The notes below the pieces were generated by a model. The model was not told the DNA's origin. It made no database searches and saw nothing but the letters and a program-made list of their open reading frames with translations. Of a DNA stretch of 64,000 nucleotides, positions 26,225 to 35,369 are shown in pieces. Positions within the stretch are counted from its first letter, which is position 1. Every line of letters begins with the position of its first letter. The DNA comes from Spirochaetia bacterium (lineage in GTDB: Bacteria; Spirochaetota; Spirochaetia; SZUA-6; Bin103), in assembly GCA_965203515.1 (NCBI GenBank), contig OZ241907.1, forward strand, positions 640,001 to 704,000, in the 5' to 3' direction. The position numbers and the translations under genes are program-made.

Positions 26225-26629
26225 TCACTCACTCGGTACGTGGACCCACGGCAGCCCATCTATGTGCTTGAAGTGGCCGTCAGCGGATATCAGATCAGTC
26301 ATCGTCTCCATCGCGTGCGCCGCTATCCATATGTCGTTGGTGGGCAGGGGGCGCCCTTTCGCTCTCAGGGCTGCCGCGATTCGGGCGTAGCGATCGGCAG
26401 TGGTCCGGCTCACAGGTACGAAGGTGACATATGGATTCGCCAGGAACTCATCGAGCTCGCGGACGTTCAAAGCGGTGCGTGTACCATGCCGATACCCGTA
26501 CAGTAGCTCGCCGACGACGACCGCGGACAGCACGATTTCCTGTGACCGGCGCACAAGGTCGGCAACGGTGCGCTGGCCGCGAGCCAGCTGCGTATAGGCC
26601 GAGGAGTCCAGGAGGATCCTCATTTCCAA
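26225..26629 (-). CDS. vapC: VapC-family PIN toxin
   Basis: 'ILLDSSAY', 'VVVGEL', 'PTNDIWIAA', 'SADGHF'; start may be ATG 26623. Confidence 0.9.
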   Translation of the reverse strand: MEMRILLDSSAYTQLARGQRTVADLVRRSQEIVLSAVVVGELLYGYRHGTRTALNVRELDEFLANPYVTFVPVSRTTADRYARIAAALRAKGRPLPTNDIWIAAHAMETMTDLISADGHFKHIDGLPWVHVPSE

Positions 26630-26886
26630 ATCGTCTCATCGATGCTCTCAAAGTCCTGCAGAGCGCGATTCATCTCGTCTGCTTGCTCGCGCGTCCAGCT
26701 ACCGATGAAGTGATCCAAAGAGGAACCGACGGCGCCGCGGTGGTCCGCAAGCCCCGCGCCGCGGCGGCACAGGAGCAGCACGGCCTGATTCAGCGAAATC
26801 CTCTCTCGTTGCGCAAGTCGGCGAATGTTCTCGGCTAATTCGGCGTCGAATCCTCGTACCGTCAATTGACGCATTCCCGGCTCCAT
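26620..26886 (-). CDS. Ribbon-helix-helix antitoxin (VapB/FitA-like)
   Basis: 'QLTVRGFD...IRRLAQRERISLNQAV'; overlaps the toxin start; acidic tail. Confidence 0.8.
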   Translation of the reverse strand: MEPGMRQLTVRGFDAELAENIRRLAQRERISLNQAVLLLCRRGAGLADHRGAVGSSLDHFIGSWTREQADEMNRALQDFESIDETIWK

Positions 26887-26917
26887 CAGCGAATCATCGG
26901 CGACTCACTACCGCTCA

Positions 26918-27113
26918 TCAATGCAACGGGTACCGTCGCCGGTCAAGCCCGGTAGCGGGATGAGCCTGGGGAGGCGCCCCGGACCGCTCCACATAGTCGG
27001 TCGAGTCGTGACTTTCCCAGAACGCCCGCTCCTCAGCCTCGCTCTTGAAGTCGGGAATCGGTTCAGGGTCCTGTTGGTCATCATCCTCGTAAACGCCGCT
27101 CTTTGCGGTTCAT
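26918..27113 (-). pseudogene. Decayed BrnT/BrnA-like toxin-antitoxin remnant
   Basis: Minus strand encodes 'MNRKERR' (BrnT-like C-terminus) then, across a one-base frameshift, 'MTNRTL/PIPDFKSEAEERAFWESHDSTDYV' (BrnA/CopG-like N-terminus), after which similarity is lost. Confidence 0.65.
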
Positions 27114-27182
27114 ACGTCGGGTCGGCGGATGAGTCAACCGGTGTTGGGCGATCATGGGCACTCGCATGGTAGAACTTGGGTG

Positions 27183-27404
27183 ATGGCTGCCGAAGGGATC
27201 GACGAGCGGGAGGTGGAGGCGCGCATGGCGCTGCTCCGGGAGCGGTACGGGGACCGGTTCGCAGAGCCGGAGCAGGAGCGGGAGGTGCGCGCGCGGGTCG
27301 CCGAGGAGTTGGCCCGGGTCTCGGCGGCGCTGCGGGCGGCCGCGGTCGAGCCGGACCGGGAGCCGTTTCCGCCGTTCACGCCCTATCGGGGCGACGACCG
27401 GTGA
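27183..27404 (+). CDS. Small helical protein coupled to amidase (possible GatC/AtzG-like partner)
   Basis: 73 aa, ends 'LRAAAVEPDREPFPPFTPYRG'; GTGA overlap with amidase. Confidence 0.65.
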   Translation: MAAEGIDEREVEARMALLRERYGDRFAEPEQEREVRARVAEELARVSAALRAAAVEPDREPFPPFTPYRGDDR

Positions 27405-28834
27405 CGGAGCGCGACGCCGTATTCCTGCCGGTGCGCCGGCTGGCCGAGCGGATGCGGGCGCGGCAGGTCTCCCCGGTCGCGCTGACCCGCCTCTTCCTCG
27501 ACCGCTTGGAGCGGCTCGGTCCGCGCTACCACGCGGTCGTGACCCTGACCGCGGAGCTGGCCGAGTCGCAGGCGCAACAGGCCGAGCGGGAGATCGCCGC
27601 CGGCCGCTACCGCGGGCCGCTGCACGGCATCCCCTACGGCCTCAAGGACGTCTTCGCCACCGCCGGCTACCCGACGACCTGGGGCGCGGGGCCGTTGCGG
27701 GACCAAGCGTTCGACTATGACGCCACGATCGTGCGCAAGCTGCAAGCGGCCGGCGCCGTGCTGGCCGCGAAGCTGGCATTGGTGGAGTTGGCCGGCGGGG
27801 CGCGGTACCGGCGCGCGGACGCCTCGTTCACCGGGCCCGGCCTCAACCCCTGGGACCGCGGCGTCTGGAGCGGCGGTTCGTCGAGCGGTTCGGGGGCGGC
27901 GGTCGCCGCGGGGCTGGTGCCGTTCGCGATCGGCACCGAGACGTGGGGATCGATCCTGGGGCCGTCGTGCTACTGCGGCGTGTCCGGGCTGCGCCCGACG
28001 TTCGGCCGGGTGAGCCGCCACGGCGGCATGCCGCTCACCTTCGGGATGGACAAGCCCGGACCGATGTGCCTGACCGCCGACGACTGCGGTCTCGTGCTCG
28101 ATGCGGTCGCCGGCCAGGATCGGCGCGACGAGGCGACCACGACGAGGCCGTACCGGTATCGCCCGCACCGCCCGGCGCGCGGCCGCTTCCGGCTGGCGGT
28201 CCCCAAGGGGGTGCCGGACGGCTCCGATCCCGGCGTGCGCGACCGCTTTCGGGAGTCGCTGGCGGCGCTGACCGAGGTGGCGGAGATCGAGGAGGTCGAG
28301 CTTCCCGACCTGCCCTACGCGGCAGTCTCCAACGCGATCTTCCTGGCCGAATCGGCCAGCGTCATGGAGGAGATCATCGAGAGCGGCATCACCGCGGAGC
28401 TGACGGCGCCGGAGGGGCGCTGCGGCGTCTATCCCCGCACCGCGATGCTGGCGACCGACTATCTCCGCGCGCTGCGCCTGCGGCGCACGATCGCGGCAGC
28501 GATCGACCGGCTGTTGGAGCGGTACGACGCGCTGCTGTCGCCCGCGCAGCCGAAAGCCGCGCCGCCGGCGGATCGGCCGTGGGTCAAGGGACCCAAGGAG
28601 CGGGCCGCCGACCCGTTGGGGGCGTTCGGGAGCTGCATCGGCCTGCCGGCGATCTCCGTACCGATGGGATTCACGGCAGCGGGTCTGCCGGCCGGCCTGC
28701 AGATCCTGGGCAGAGCCTACGACGAGAACGTGGTGTTGGCGGTCGCCGCCGCCTACCAGGAGCTGACCGATTGGCACACGCGGCATCCGCCGGACGCGCT
28801 CGAAACCGCAAGCGAGCCGGCGACGCCATCCTGA
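27401..28834 (+). CDS. Amidase signature family enzyme
   Basis: 'GPLHGIPYGLKD', 'GGSSSGSG', 'GTETWGSI'. Confidence 0.92.
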   Translation: MTERDAVFLPVRRLAERMRARQVSPVALTRLFLDRLERLGPRYHAVVTLTAELAESQAQQAEREIAAGRYRGPLHGIPYGLKDVFATAGYPTTWGAGPLRDQAFDYDATIVRKLQAAGAVLAAKLALVELAGGARYRRADASFTGPGLNPWDRGVWSGGSSSGSGAAVAAGLVPFAIGTETWGSILGPSCYCGVSGLRPTFGRVSRHGGMPLTFGMDKPGPMCLTADDCGLVLDAVAGQDRRDEATTTRPYRYRPHRPARGRFRLAVPKGVPDGSDPGVRDRFRESLAALTEVAEIEEVELPDLPYAAVSNAIFLAESASVMEEIIESGITAELTAPEGRCGVYPRTAMLATDYLRALRLRRTIAAAIDRLLERYDALLSPAQPKAAPPADRPWVKGPKERAADPLGAFGSCIGLPAISVPMGFTAAGLPAGLQILGRAYDENVVLAVAAAYQELTDWHTRHPPDALETASEPATPS

Positions 28835-28860
28835 CGGACGGGGTACACTCGCCGCCGGTC

Positions 28861-29688
28861 ATGATCGGCTCCGTTCCCCGCGTCGGCATCTGCAGCATCG
28901 CCTTCAAGGACCGCAGCGCCGCGCAGGCGCTGCGCGCGATCGCCGCGGCCGGCGCCGACGGCGTCGAGCTGTGGGGGCAGCCGCCGCACCTGCCCTATCC
29001 GGTCGACGAGGGATGGTGCGCGGACCTACGCGGGCAGGCGGGCGATTTGGGGCTGAGCTTCTGCGCGCTCGGCTCCTACTACCGCCCCGGCCGGCATCCG
29101 TCCTACGGCGGCCGGCCGGTGACGAAGGAGAATCAGATCGCCGCCGCACGGGCGCTGGGAGCGCCGATCGTCCGCATCTGGGCGGGCAGCGCCAGCCGCC
29201 AGGCCACCGCTCCGGCGGCGCGCGAGCGGCTCTACGCCGAGATACGCGACTTTGCCGACGCCGCCCGCGACGCCGGCATCCGGGTGGTGCTGGAGCGGCA
29301 CTCCGGCACGCTGACCGAGGGATGGGAGGCGCCGCTCACGGTGCTGCGGGAGATCGGCCACCCGGCGGTCGCCCTCAACTACCAGATGGTATACCCGGCG
29401 CCCTGGGAAGAGTTGGCCGCGCGCGGGGTGGCCGACTACCGGCGTCTGCTGCCGCATTCCCGCCACGCGCACCTGCAGAATTACGCGTCGGCAGCCGGCG
29501 GCCGTCCGCCGCGCACCCTGGTCGCCGACGGGGTGGTCGATTACGGCCAGCTCGGCGCGGCGGCGCGCGAGTGCGGCTACGACGGCGCCTTCATGATCGA
29601 GTTTCCGGCCGACGAGCGCCGTGGCATGAGCGTGGAAGAAGCGTTGCGCGCCGACGTGGCCGGCCTGCGTCGACTTCTGTCGCAATGA
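28861..29688 (+). CDS. Sugar phosphate isomerase/epimerase (xylose-isomerase-like TIM barrel)
   Basis: 'DGVELWG', 'GSYY', 'VRIWAG', 'LERHSGTL', 'GVVDY', 'GYDGAFMIEF'. Confidence 0.85.
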   Translation: MIGSVPRVGICSIAFKDRSAAQALRAIAAAGADGVELWGQPPHLPYPVDEGWCADLRGQAGDLGLSFCALGSYYRPGRHPSYGGRPVTKENQIAAARALGAPIVRIWAGSASRQATAPAARERLYAEIRDFADAARDAGIRVVLERHSGTLTEGWEAPLTVLREIGHPAVALNYQMVYPAPWEELAARGVADYRRLLPHSRHAHLQNYASAAGGRPPRTLVADGVVDYGQLGAAARECGYDGAFMIEFPADERRGMSVEEALRADVAGLRRLLSQ

Positions 29689-30527
29689 GCGGCGGCGAGG
29701 TGAGCGGCGGGCGCGGCCCGATGATGACCGCCGTCGAGTTGCAGGGCGTGACCTACACCTACCCGGAGGGGGATGCGCCGGTCTTCACCGACCTGTCGCT
29801 CCGGCTGCCGGCCGGCGTGGCCGCGTTCGTGGGTCAGAACGGGACCGGCAAGTCGACCCTGATGCTGTTGGCCAGCGGGATCGCCGTGCCCGACCAGGGC
29901 ACCGTGCTGTTGCAGGGCGTCGACACGCGCGAGCTGCGCGACCTCCGCGAGCGGCAGCGCTACGTGTCGTTGATCCACCAGAACATGGAGTTCGAGACCT
30001 ATGAGTCGATCGGGGACCTGCTCGGCCGCGTCTACCTCACCGGCTACCACGAGGAGCACCGCGAGGAGTTCGTGCGTGAGATCGTGCGCGTCTTCGAGCT
30101 GCAGGGCGTGATGCACCAGCGGACGCAGGAGGTGAGCAAGGGCGAGCTGCAGCGCACGCTGCTGGCGTTCTGCCTGCTGTACGGGTCGCGGATGCTGATG
30201 ATGGACGAGCCGGTGTTCGCGATGGAGGACCACCAGAAGCGGTCGGCGATGAGCTTCCTGTACGAATACGCGCGGCGCGAAGGGCTCTCCTGGTACTACT
30301 CCGCGCACGAGTTCGATCTCTCGGAACGGTATTCCGATCATGTCGTGCTGTTTCGCCCCGGACAGGAACCGCTGATCGGCCCTACGGCCGACGTCCACAC
30401 CCGCGATCGACTGGAGCGCGCCTACGAGGCGCCGTACGACCTGCTCAGGCGGCGTGAGGAGCTCTACCGGCAGACCCTGCCGGGCATGCCCGGCACGAAG
30501 GAAAGAGGAACGAAGCATGAGGCATGA
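29685..30527 (+). CDS. Stand-alone ABC ATP-binding protein
   Basis: 'GQNGTGKST', degenerate signature 'VSKGE', 'MMDEP'; start 29685 or 29721. Confidence 0.8.
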   Translation: MSGGEVSGGRGPMMTAVELQGVTYTYPEGDAPVFTDLSLRLPAGVAAFVGQNGTGKSTLMLLASGIAVPDQGTVLLQGVDTRELRDLRERQRYVSLIHQNMEFETYESIGDLLGRVYLTGYHEEHREEFVREIVRVFELQGVMHQRTQEVSKGELQRTLLAFCLLYGSRMLMMDEPVFAMEDHQKRSAMSFLYEYARREGLSWYYSAHEFDLSERYSDHVVLFRPGQEPLIGPTADVHTRDRLERAYEAPYDLLRRREELYRQTLPGMPGTKERGTKHEA

Positions 30528-31752
30528 CCCCGAGCACACCTGGGGCCACACGATCGCATTCGGCGATCAGTACCATCGGCGCGCGTGCGAGCTGCTGCGG
30601 AGCACGCTCGATGAGGCGCCGACGTGGACGGCGGTGGCCGACTGCGCGGTGCGGACGATCCGCGCCGGCGGCACCGTGCACGCCAACGTCACCACCGGCC
30701 ACATGCCGACCACGGAGCTGGCGAACGAGCGCGAGGGCAACCCGGCGCCGTTCGCCTTCCAGGGTCCCGACCACCACACGCCCGAGCAGTACGCGGCGAT
30801 GCGCGCCGGCGATCTGCTGCTGACCAACTGCGTCACCCCGGCGGTGCGCGAGGTGCGGGACCGCGGCGTGCGCGTCATCGTCTTTACCACCGCCTACGTG
30901 AACAGCGGATCGGCCCCGCCGGGCTGGCTGGGCGACAACCCCGGCGGTCTGCTGCCGGCGGACGTGGCCGATCAGGTGATCGACACCCACATCCCCTGGG
31001 AACAGGGGCTGGTCGACGTGCCGCAGGTGCCGGAGATGAGGGTCTTTCCCGGTTCGTCCAACGTGAGCTGCGCCATCCACTGGTGCCTGACCGCGGAGGT
31101 GATGCAGGCGCTCGGCACCGGCGGCGCGCCCGACGGCGCCAAGGCGCGCGAGTACCTGACGATCCTGCTGGAGCGGCTCGACGAGGTGTACCGCCGCCAC
31201 CGGCAGGCGATCGGCGAAGAGGCGGCGGCGCTGGCCAAGCGGGTGATCGCCGGCGGGCACGTCGACGTGCGCGGCAGCAATGAAGGGGTGCGCGCGGACG
31301 CGCACGGCGTGGCCCAGGGCCTGATGCTCACCTGCGCCTACGAGCCGCGGCCGGCGGCGGCCGGCGGCCGTGACGACACGCTGATCGTCACCGCGGTCAG
31401 CGCCGACCATCCGCAGGAGATCGCCTGGGCGCAGGAGGCGAGGGGGAACGGCGCCCGGGTGGTGACCGTGGGCATGGATACCTCGCCCCGGTTGCGGGCG
31501 TCGAGCGATCGTTACCTGGGCAACGCCTGTGACGAGGCGGGCGGCGTGGTCGCGGTGGCCGGCTGCGCGGAGCCGATCTGCCCGGCGACCGGCATCATCG
31601 ACAACGTGCTCACGCAGATGCTGCTGGCGCAGATGACCGACGAGCTGTGCCGCCGCGGCGCGGTGCCGTACTTCTACATGGGGCTCTATCGCGCCGGCGG
31701 ACGCGAGTACAACACGGTGTTGAAGCGCCACTTCGACGCGCGCGGTTATTAA
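30517..31752 (+). CDS. Tandem SIS-like domain protein
   Basis: Two similar halves ('RTIRAGGTVH...VIDTHIPW..GLV..P...PGSS' and 'RVIAGGHVD...YLGN...GGVV.V.G...ICPATG'). Confidence 0.6.
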   Translation: MRHDPEHTWGHTIAFGDQYHRRACELLRSTLDEAPTWTAVADCAVRTIRAGGTVHANVTTGHMPTTELANEREGNPAPFAFQGPDHHTPEQYAAMRAGDLLLTNCVTPAVREVRDRGVRVIVFTTAYVNSGSAPPGWLGDNPGGLLPADVADQVIDTHIPWEQGLVDVPQVPEMRVFPGSSNVSCAIHWCLTAEVMQALGTGGAPDGAKAREYLTILLERLDEVYRRHRQAIGEEAAALAKRVIAGGHVDVRGSNEGVRADAHGVAQGLMLTCAYEPRPAAAGGRDDTLIVTAVSADHPQEIAWAQEARGNGARVVTVGMDTSPRLRASSDRYLGNACDEAGGVVAVAGCAEPICPATGIIDNVLTQMLLAQMTDELCRRGAVPYFYMGLYRAGGREYNTVLKRHFDARGY

Positions 31753-31782
31753 GGCGGACGACAACACGAAGGAGTTGCATAC

Positions 31783-32034
31783 ATGGCCGACGACAACGAT
31801 CTGCAAGCGGAGCTGGAACGGCTCAGGGCGGAGAACGAAGCGCTGAAGGCGCGCGCGTCCAAGCCGCTGACCCTCAAGGTGAGCGCCAAGGGCGCCGTGT
31901 CCGTGTACGGGCTGGGCCGGTTCCCGGTGACGCTCTACAAGGAGCAGTGGGAACGGCTGCTCGACATGGCCGGCGACATCCGCGTCTTCATGGATGAGAA
32001 CGCCGCCTCGCTGAAGACCCTCGAGGGGAGCTGA
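31783..32034 (+). CDS. Small conserved hypothetical protein
   Basis: AAGGAG SD; coiled coil then 'LKVSAKGAVSVYGLGRFPVTLYKEQW'. Confidence 0.8.
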   Translation: MADDNDLQAELERLRAENEALKARASKPLTLKVSAKGAVSVYGLGRFPVTLYKEQWERLLDMAGDIRVFMDENAASLKTLEGS

Positions 32035-32056
32035 CCCGGGAGCATCGGTGCGGCGG

Positions 32057-32674
32057 TCATGAAAGCCGCCGGTCGAGGTCGACCGGCAGCGCCGCGCGCG
32101 GCTCCGCGAGCGGCCGGCCCGGCGCCGGCGGCTCCAGGAACGTCACGCTCTGGTAGTGGTCGTCCAGCGCGACGAACGCGCCGTGCTGCTCCGTCCATCG
32201 CCGCATGCCGCGGTTGCAGCTATGCCGCCACGACAGCACTTCGACGCGCCAGCCGCGGCGGCGCATGCGTTCCAGGTCGGCGTGGAAGCCCACGCCGTCA
32301 TCGAACCCGCTGCCGTCTCCGGTGAGCATGACCGCTATGCCCGGATCGCCGTTGTAATCGAAGGCGTCGCGCAGCATCGCCGTCTGCAGCGCCTGATCGA
32401 CTCCCTGTTCCCGGTGGTGCATCTCACCGCGTTCCAGGAGTTGAACGGTCACGCCCTCGTTTTCCATGCGATTCCAGACGTGTCGCAATTCGGGGGGAAT
32501 CGAGCCGACGGCGATGGCATGCTCGATCGGACGATCCGCGCACGCCAGCCTCAACAGGTTCTGAAAATGGATGCGAATCCGGTAGCGGGCCGACTCGCCT
32601 TCGCGGTCGATCGCTACCTGTTGCGCACTGATGAAGATGTTGGAGTTGTCCCAGTAGATGAAGACCTTTTCCAT
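32057..32674 (-). CDS. NYN-domain (PIN-like) putative RNase
   Basis: 'IYWDNSN', 'EQGVD', 'LTGDG..F', 'GWRVEV'. Confidence 0.85.
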   Translation of the reverse strand: MEKVFIYWDNSNIFISAQQVAIDREGESARYRIRIHFQNLLRLACADRPIEHAIAVGSIPPELRHVWNRMENEGVTVQLLERGEMHHREQGVDQALQTAMLRDAFDYNGDPGIAVMLTGDGSGFDDGVGFHADLERMRRRGWRVEVLSWRHSCNRGMRRWTEQHGAFVALDDHYQSVTFLEPPAPGRPLAEPRAALPVDLDRRLS

Positions 32675-32702
32675 AGTGGTACCGGCGAAGCTTTAACCGA
32701 AG

Positions 32703-32732
32703 CGAGCCGACCGGCGGGTGCCGGCCGGCTCG
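32703..32732 (-). terminator. Hairpin downstream of the SBP gene
   Basis: CGAGCCG-A-CCGGC-GGGT-GCCGG-C-CGGCTCG inverted repeat; weak T-tract. Confidence 0.45.
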
Positions 32733-32760
32733 TGATCGGTCGTCAGACGACGGAAGGTCG

Positions 32761-34353
32761 TCAGGCGGAGGGGCACTCCGCGACCAGGTGGCCCCACGTG
32801 CGGGTCGCCGCTTCCTCGATCGCCGGGCCGGGCCCTGCGTTCCAGCGGTCGATCCAGTCCTGATAGGCCGATACCGGCTTCTGGCCGATGATGATCTGGC
32901 CGAACAGCGCCACCGACTCGTTCAGGAAGTCCTGATTGGCGGCGCGCAGGTCGTTGCCGTCATCATCGAGCGAGCTCACGAAGGACTGCGTCAGCATGCA
33001 GACGTTGTTCGGTCCCAGGATGGCGTCCGGGTTGAAGCGGACCTCCTGGACCCATTCGTTCTGCACGGTGTTCGTGTACATCGGGTCGCCCATGAAGTCG
33101 CGGATCGCGCCGTAGCCGAGCGGCGTGCTGCGCGCGTTGACGCCCAGCCCCGTCCCCTGCCGGGCCTCTGAGTCCTCGAACTCTGCGGTCCAGACCGGAT
33201 AGCCGTTGTCGCCGATGCCGCTCCAGTGCGTTCCCTCGATGCCGTAGTTGACCAGGAAGGACGCGTCGCGCTGGTTGAGCGCATCCACGGCCTGCATGAT
33301 CGCGTGCACGCGGTCGCGGTCATCGTTGTTGTGCCGGGCGATGCCGTGGCCGTTGCCGTGCATGGGGTGCCATGCGTAGGTGACCGGGAAGTACCCGTCG
33401 ACCCGCGGCGGGCCGGTGTACGCGAACTCGGCTTCGGGGCTGTGCTCCTTGAGGGTCTTGTGGAACTGCGGATGGTCGAACGGCCAGCCCGGATGCTCCC
33501 AGCCCTTCATGATGGCGATGCCGGCGTCGAACGGCTCGCTCTCACCGTTGACGGTGACGAACTCGGGATCCAGGTAGCCCTTCTCGTACCAGCGGGCCAG
33601 GATCTCCAGCGCCTGGATCATCTCCGGTTGTCCCTGGCTGTAGACCAGCTTGTCGCCCTGCTTGATGAAGCGGTTGTTCGACAGGCCGAACGCGTTCATC
33701 ACCGCGTTGAAGGAGCGGTAGTACTCGGTGTCCCGGTAGCGGGTGCCGTACGAGTACCGGTCGGGGTACTTGGCCTTGTAGGCCGCGAACACCGCCTCCC
33801 ATTCCTCGATCGTGTGCGGGACGTCCATGCCCAGCTCGTCCAGATAGTCCTTGCGCCACAGGTAGCCGTGGCCGTAGTTGGCGTGCTTCCAGACCATCGG
33901 GTAGTGCTTGAGCACGCCGTCGCGCTTGTAGCGCTCCAGCGTGAAGTCCAGGTCGAGCCCGGCGCCGGACGCGAAGGCGGACAGGCCCTCGTAGTAGGTC
34001 GGCATGTGCTCGGCCACCTCGGCGACGCTCAGGTCGGAGGTGCCCTGCTGGATGAGCTGCTCGAACCAGTAGGTCTCGAACAGGTCGGGCAGGTCGTTGG
34101 CGCCGAACAGCACCCGCAACTTGTCCCGGTAGGAGATGCCGCCCTGGCCGGAGCAGGGGATGTGCACCCAGTTGACGCCCAGGATCGCGTTCATCTCCTC
34201 GAGCAGCGGCGTGCTGGTCTCCGGCCAGACGTGGCAGTGCTCGGTCATGTGCGTGATCGTGATCGGCTCGGCGGCCATCATCTCGGTCTGACCCTCGGCG
34301 AAGGCGCCGGCGGCTACCGTCACGCTCAACAGCAGAACCATCAGTTTCTTCAA
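32761..34353 (-). CDS. Carbohydrate ABC transporter extracellular solute-binding protein (LplA-like)
   Basis: AAGGAG SD before TTG 34353; 'KKLMVLLL...AFAEGQTE'; 'RKDYLDELG..VP.TIEEW', 'YGIEGTHW'. Confidence 0.88.
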   Translation of the reverse strand: MKKLMVLLLSVTVAAGAFAEGQTEMMAAEPITITHMTEHCHVWPETSTPLLEEMNAILGVNWVHIPCSGQGGISYRDKLRVLFGANDLPDLFETYWFEQLIQQGTSDLSVAEVAEHMPTYYEGLSAFASGAGLDLDFTLERYKRDGVLKHYPMVWKHANYGHGYLWRKDYLDELGMDVPHTIEEWEAVFAAYKAKYPDRYSYGTRYRDTEYYRSFNAVMNAFGLSNNRFIKQGDKLVYSQGQPEMIQALEILARWYEKGYLDPEFVTVNGESEPFDAGIAIMKGWEHPGWPFDHPQFHKTLKEHSPEAEFAYTGPPRVDGYFPVTYAWHPMHGNGHGIARHNNDDRDRVHAIMQAVDALNQRDASFLVNYGIEGTHWSGIGDNGYPVWTAEFEDSEARQGTGLGVNARSTPLGYGAIRDFMGDPMYTNTVQNEWVQEVRFNPDAILGPNNVCMLTQSFVSSLDDDGNDLRAANQDFLNESVALFGQIIIGQKPVSAYQDWIDRWNAGPGPAIEEAATRTWGHLVAECPSA

Positions 34354-34458
34354 GTCATTCTCCTTGTTGTAGTTAGGCGCCACGCCGACGGCGTCGGCCG
34401 TCGCCCGTGCACCTGATTTCGTCGGACGACCGATTGTATCGGAACGTCGCGGTCGAGT

Positions 34459-35364
34459 CTACCCCTTCAGCGAGCCGATGAGAATACCCTTGGCGAAGTA
34501 CTTCTGCAGGAACGGGTAGATCAGCATGGTCGGGATCAGGGAGTAGAGCAGGGTGGCGGAGCGGACGGTTTCGGCCGTGTACCGCCGGTCCTGGGTCTCT
34601 TCCAGGAGCTGCGTCAGGCGGATCTCGGCGGCGATGCCGCCGACCGAAGCCTCGTTCACGTCGGAGATGATGCGGCCCAGGAGCTGCGGGACGAAGATCT
34701 TGCCCCGGCTGATGAAGATCAGGATGTCGAACCAGGCGTTCCAGTGCTGCACGAACGCCATCAACGCCAGGGTGGCGACGATCGGCTTGGACAGCGGCAG
34801 GATCAGGCGGATGAAGACGTAGAGCTCGCCGGCGCCGTCGATGCGCGCGCTCTCGGTCAGCTCCTCCGGCAGGGTCATGAAGAAGTTGCGCGCGACGAGC
34901 ATCCAGAAGATCGGGATGAGCTGCGGCAGCCAGAGCGCCCACATGGTATTGTACATGCCCAGGCCGCGAACCAGCAGGAACATCGGCACGATGCCGCCGG
35001 TAGTGATCATGGCGATGATCACGAAGATCGTGTACGACCGCCGGAACGGCAGGTACCGCTTCGACAACGGGTAGGCGGTCAGCGCCGTGATGAAGACCGC
35101 CAGCACGGTGCCGACCGCGGTGCGGTAGAGCGACCAGTAGTACGCCTCCACCGTCTGGCGCTGGCGAAAGACCCGCTGCCAAGTCTCCAGGGTCACTTCC
35201 CCCGGCTGCGGCAGCAGGTAGAGGCCGCCGGTGACCACCGCCACCGGCGTGCTCACCGACAGGGAGACGTGGCGGGCGAAGGGCAGCAGCACGCTGAAGG
35301 CGAAGACCGCCATGACCAGCACGATTACGGCGTGGCCGATCCGCTCGCCGGCGCGGCGGCGCAT
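34459..35364 (-). CDS. Carbohydrate ABC transporter permease (LplC-like)
   Basis: 'AYPLSK', 'LPEELTESARIDGA', 'HWNAWF', 'YPFLQKYF.KG..IGSLKG'. Confidence 0.92.
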   Translation of the reverse strand: MRRRAGERIGHAVIVLVMAVFAFSVLLPFARHVSLSVSTPVAVVTGGLYLLPQPGEVTLETWQRVFRQRQTVEAYYWSLYRTAVGTVLAVFITALTAYPLSKRYLPFRRSYTIFVIIAMITTGGIVPMFLLVRGLGMYNTMWALWLPQLIPIFWMLVARNFFMTLPEELTESARIDGAGELYVFIRLILPLSKPIVATLALMAFVQHWNAWFDILIFISRGKIFVPQLLGRIISDVNEASVGGIAAEIRLTQLLEETQDRRYTAETVRSATLLYSLIPTMLIYPFLQKYFAKGILIGSLKG

Positions 35365-35369
35365 CCCCG

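Noticed and set aside
26921..27172. 83-aa plus-strand ORF
   Set aside because: No recognisable features; the opposite strand carries the TA relic.
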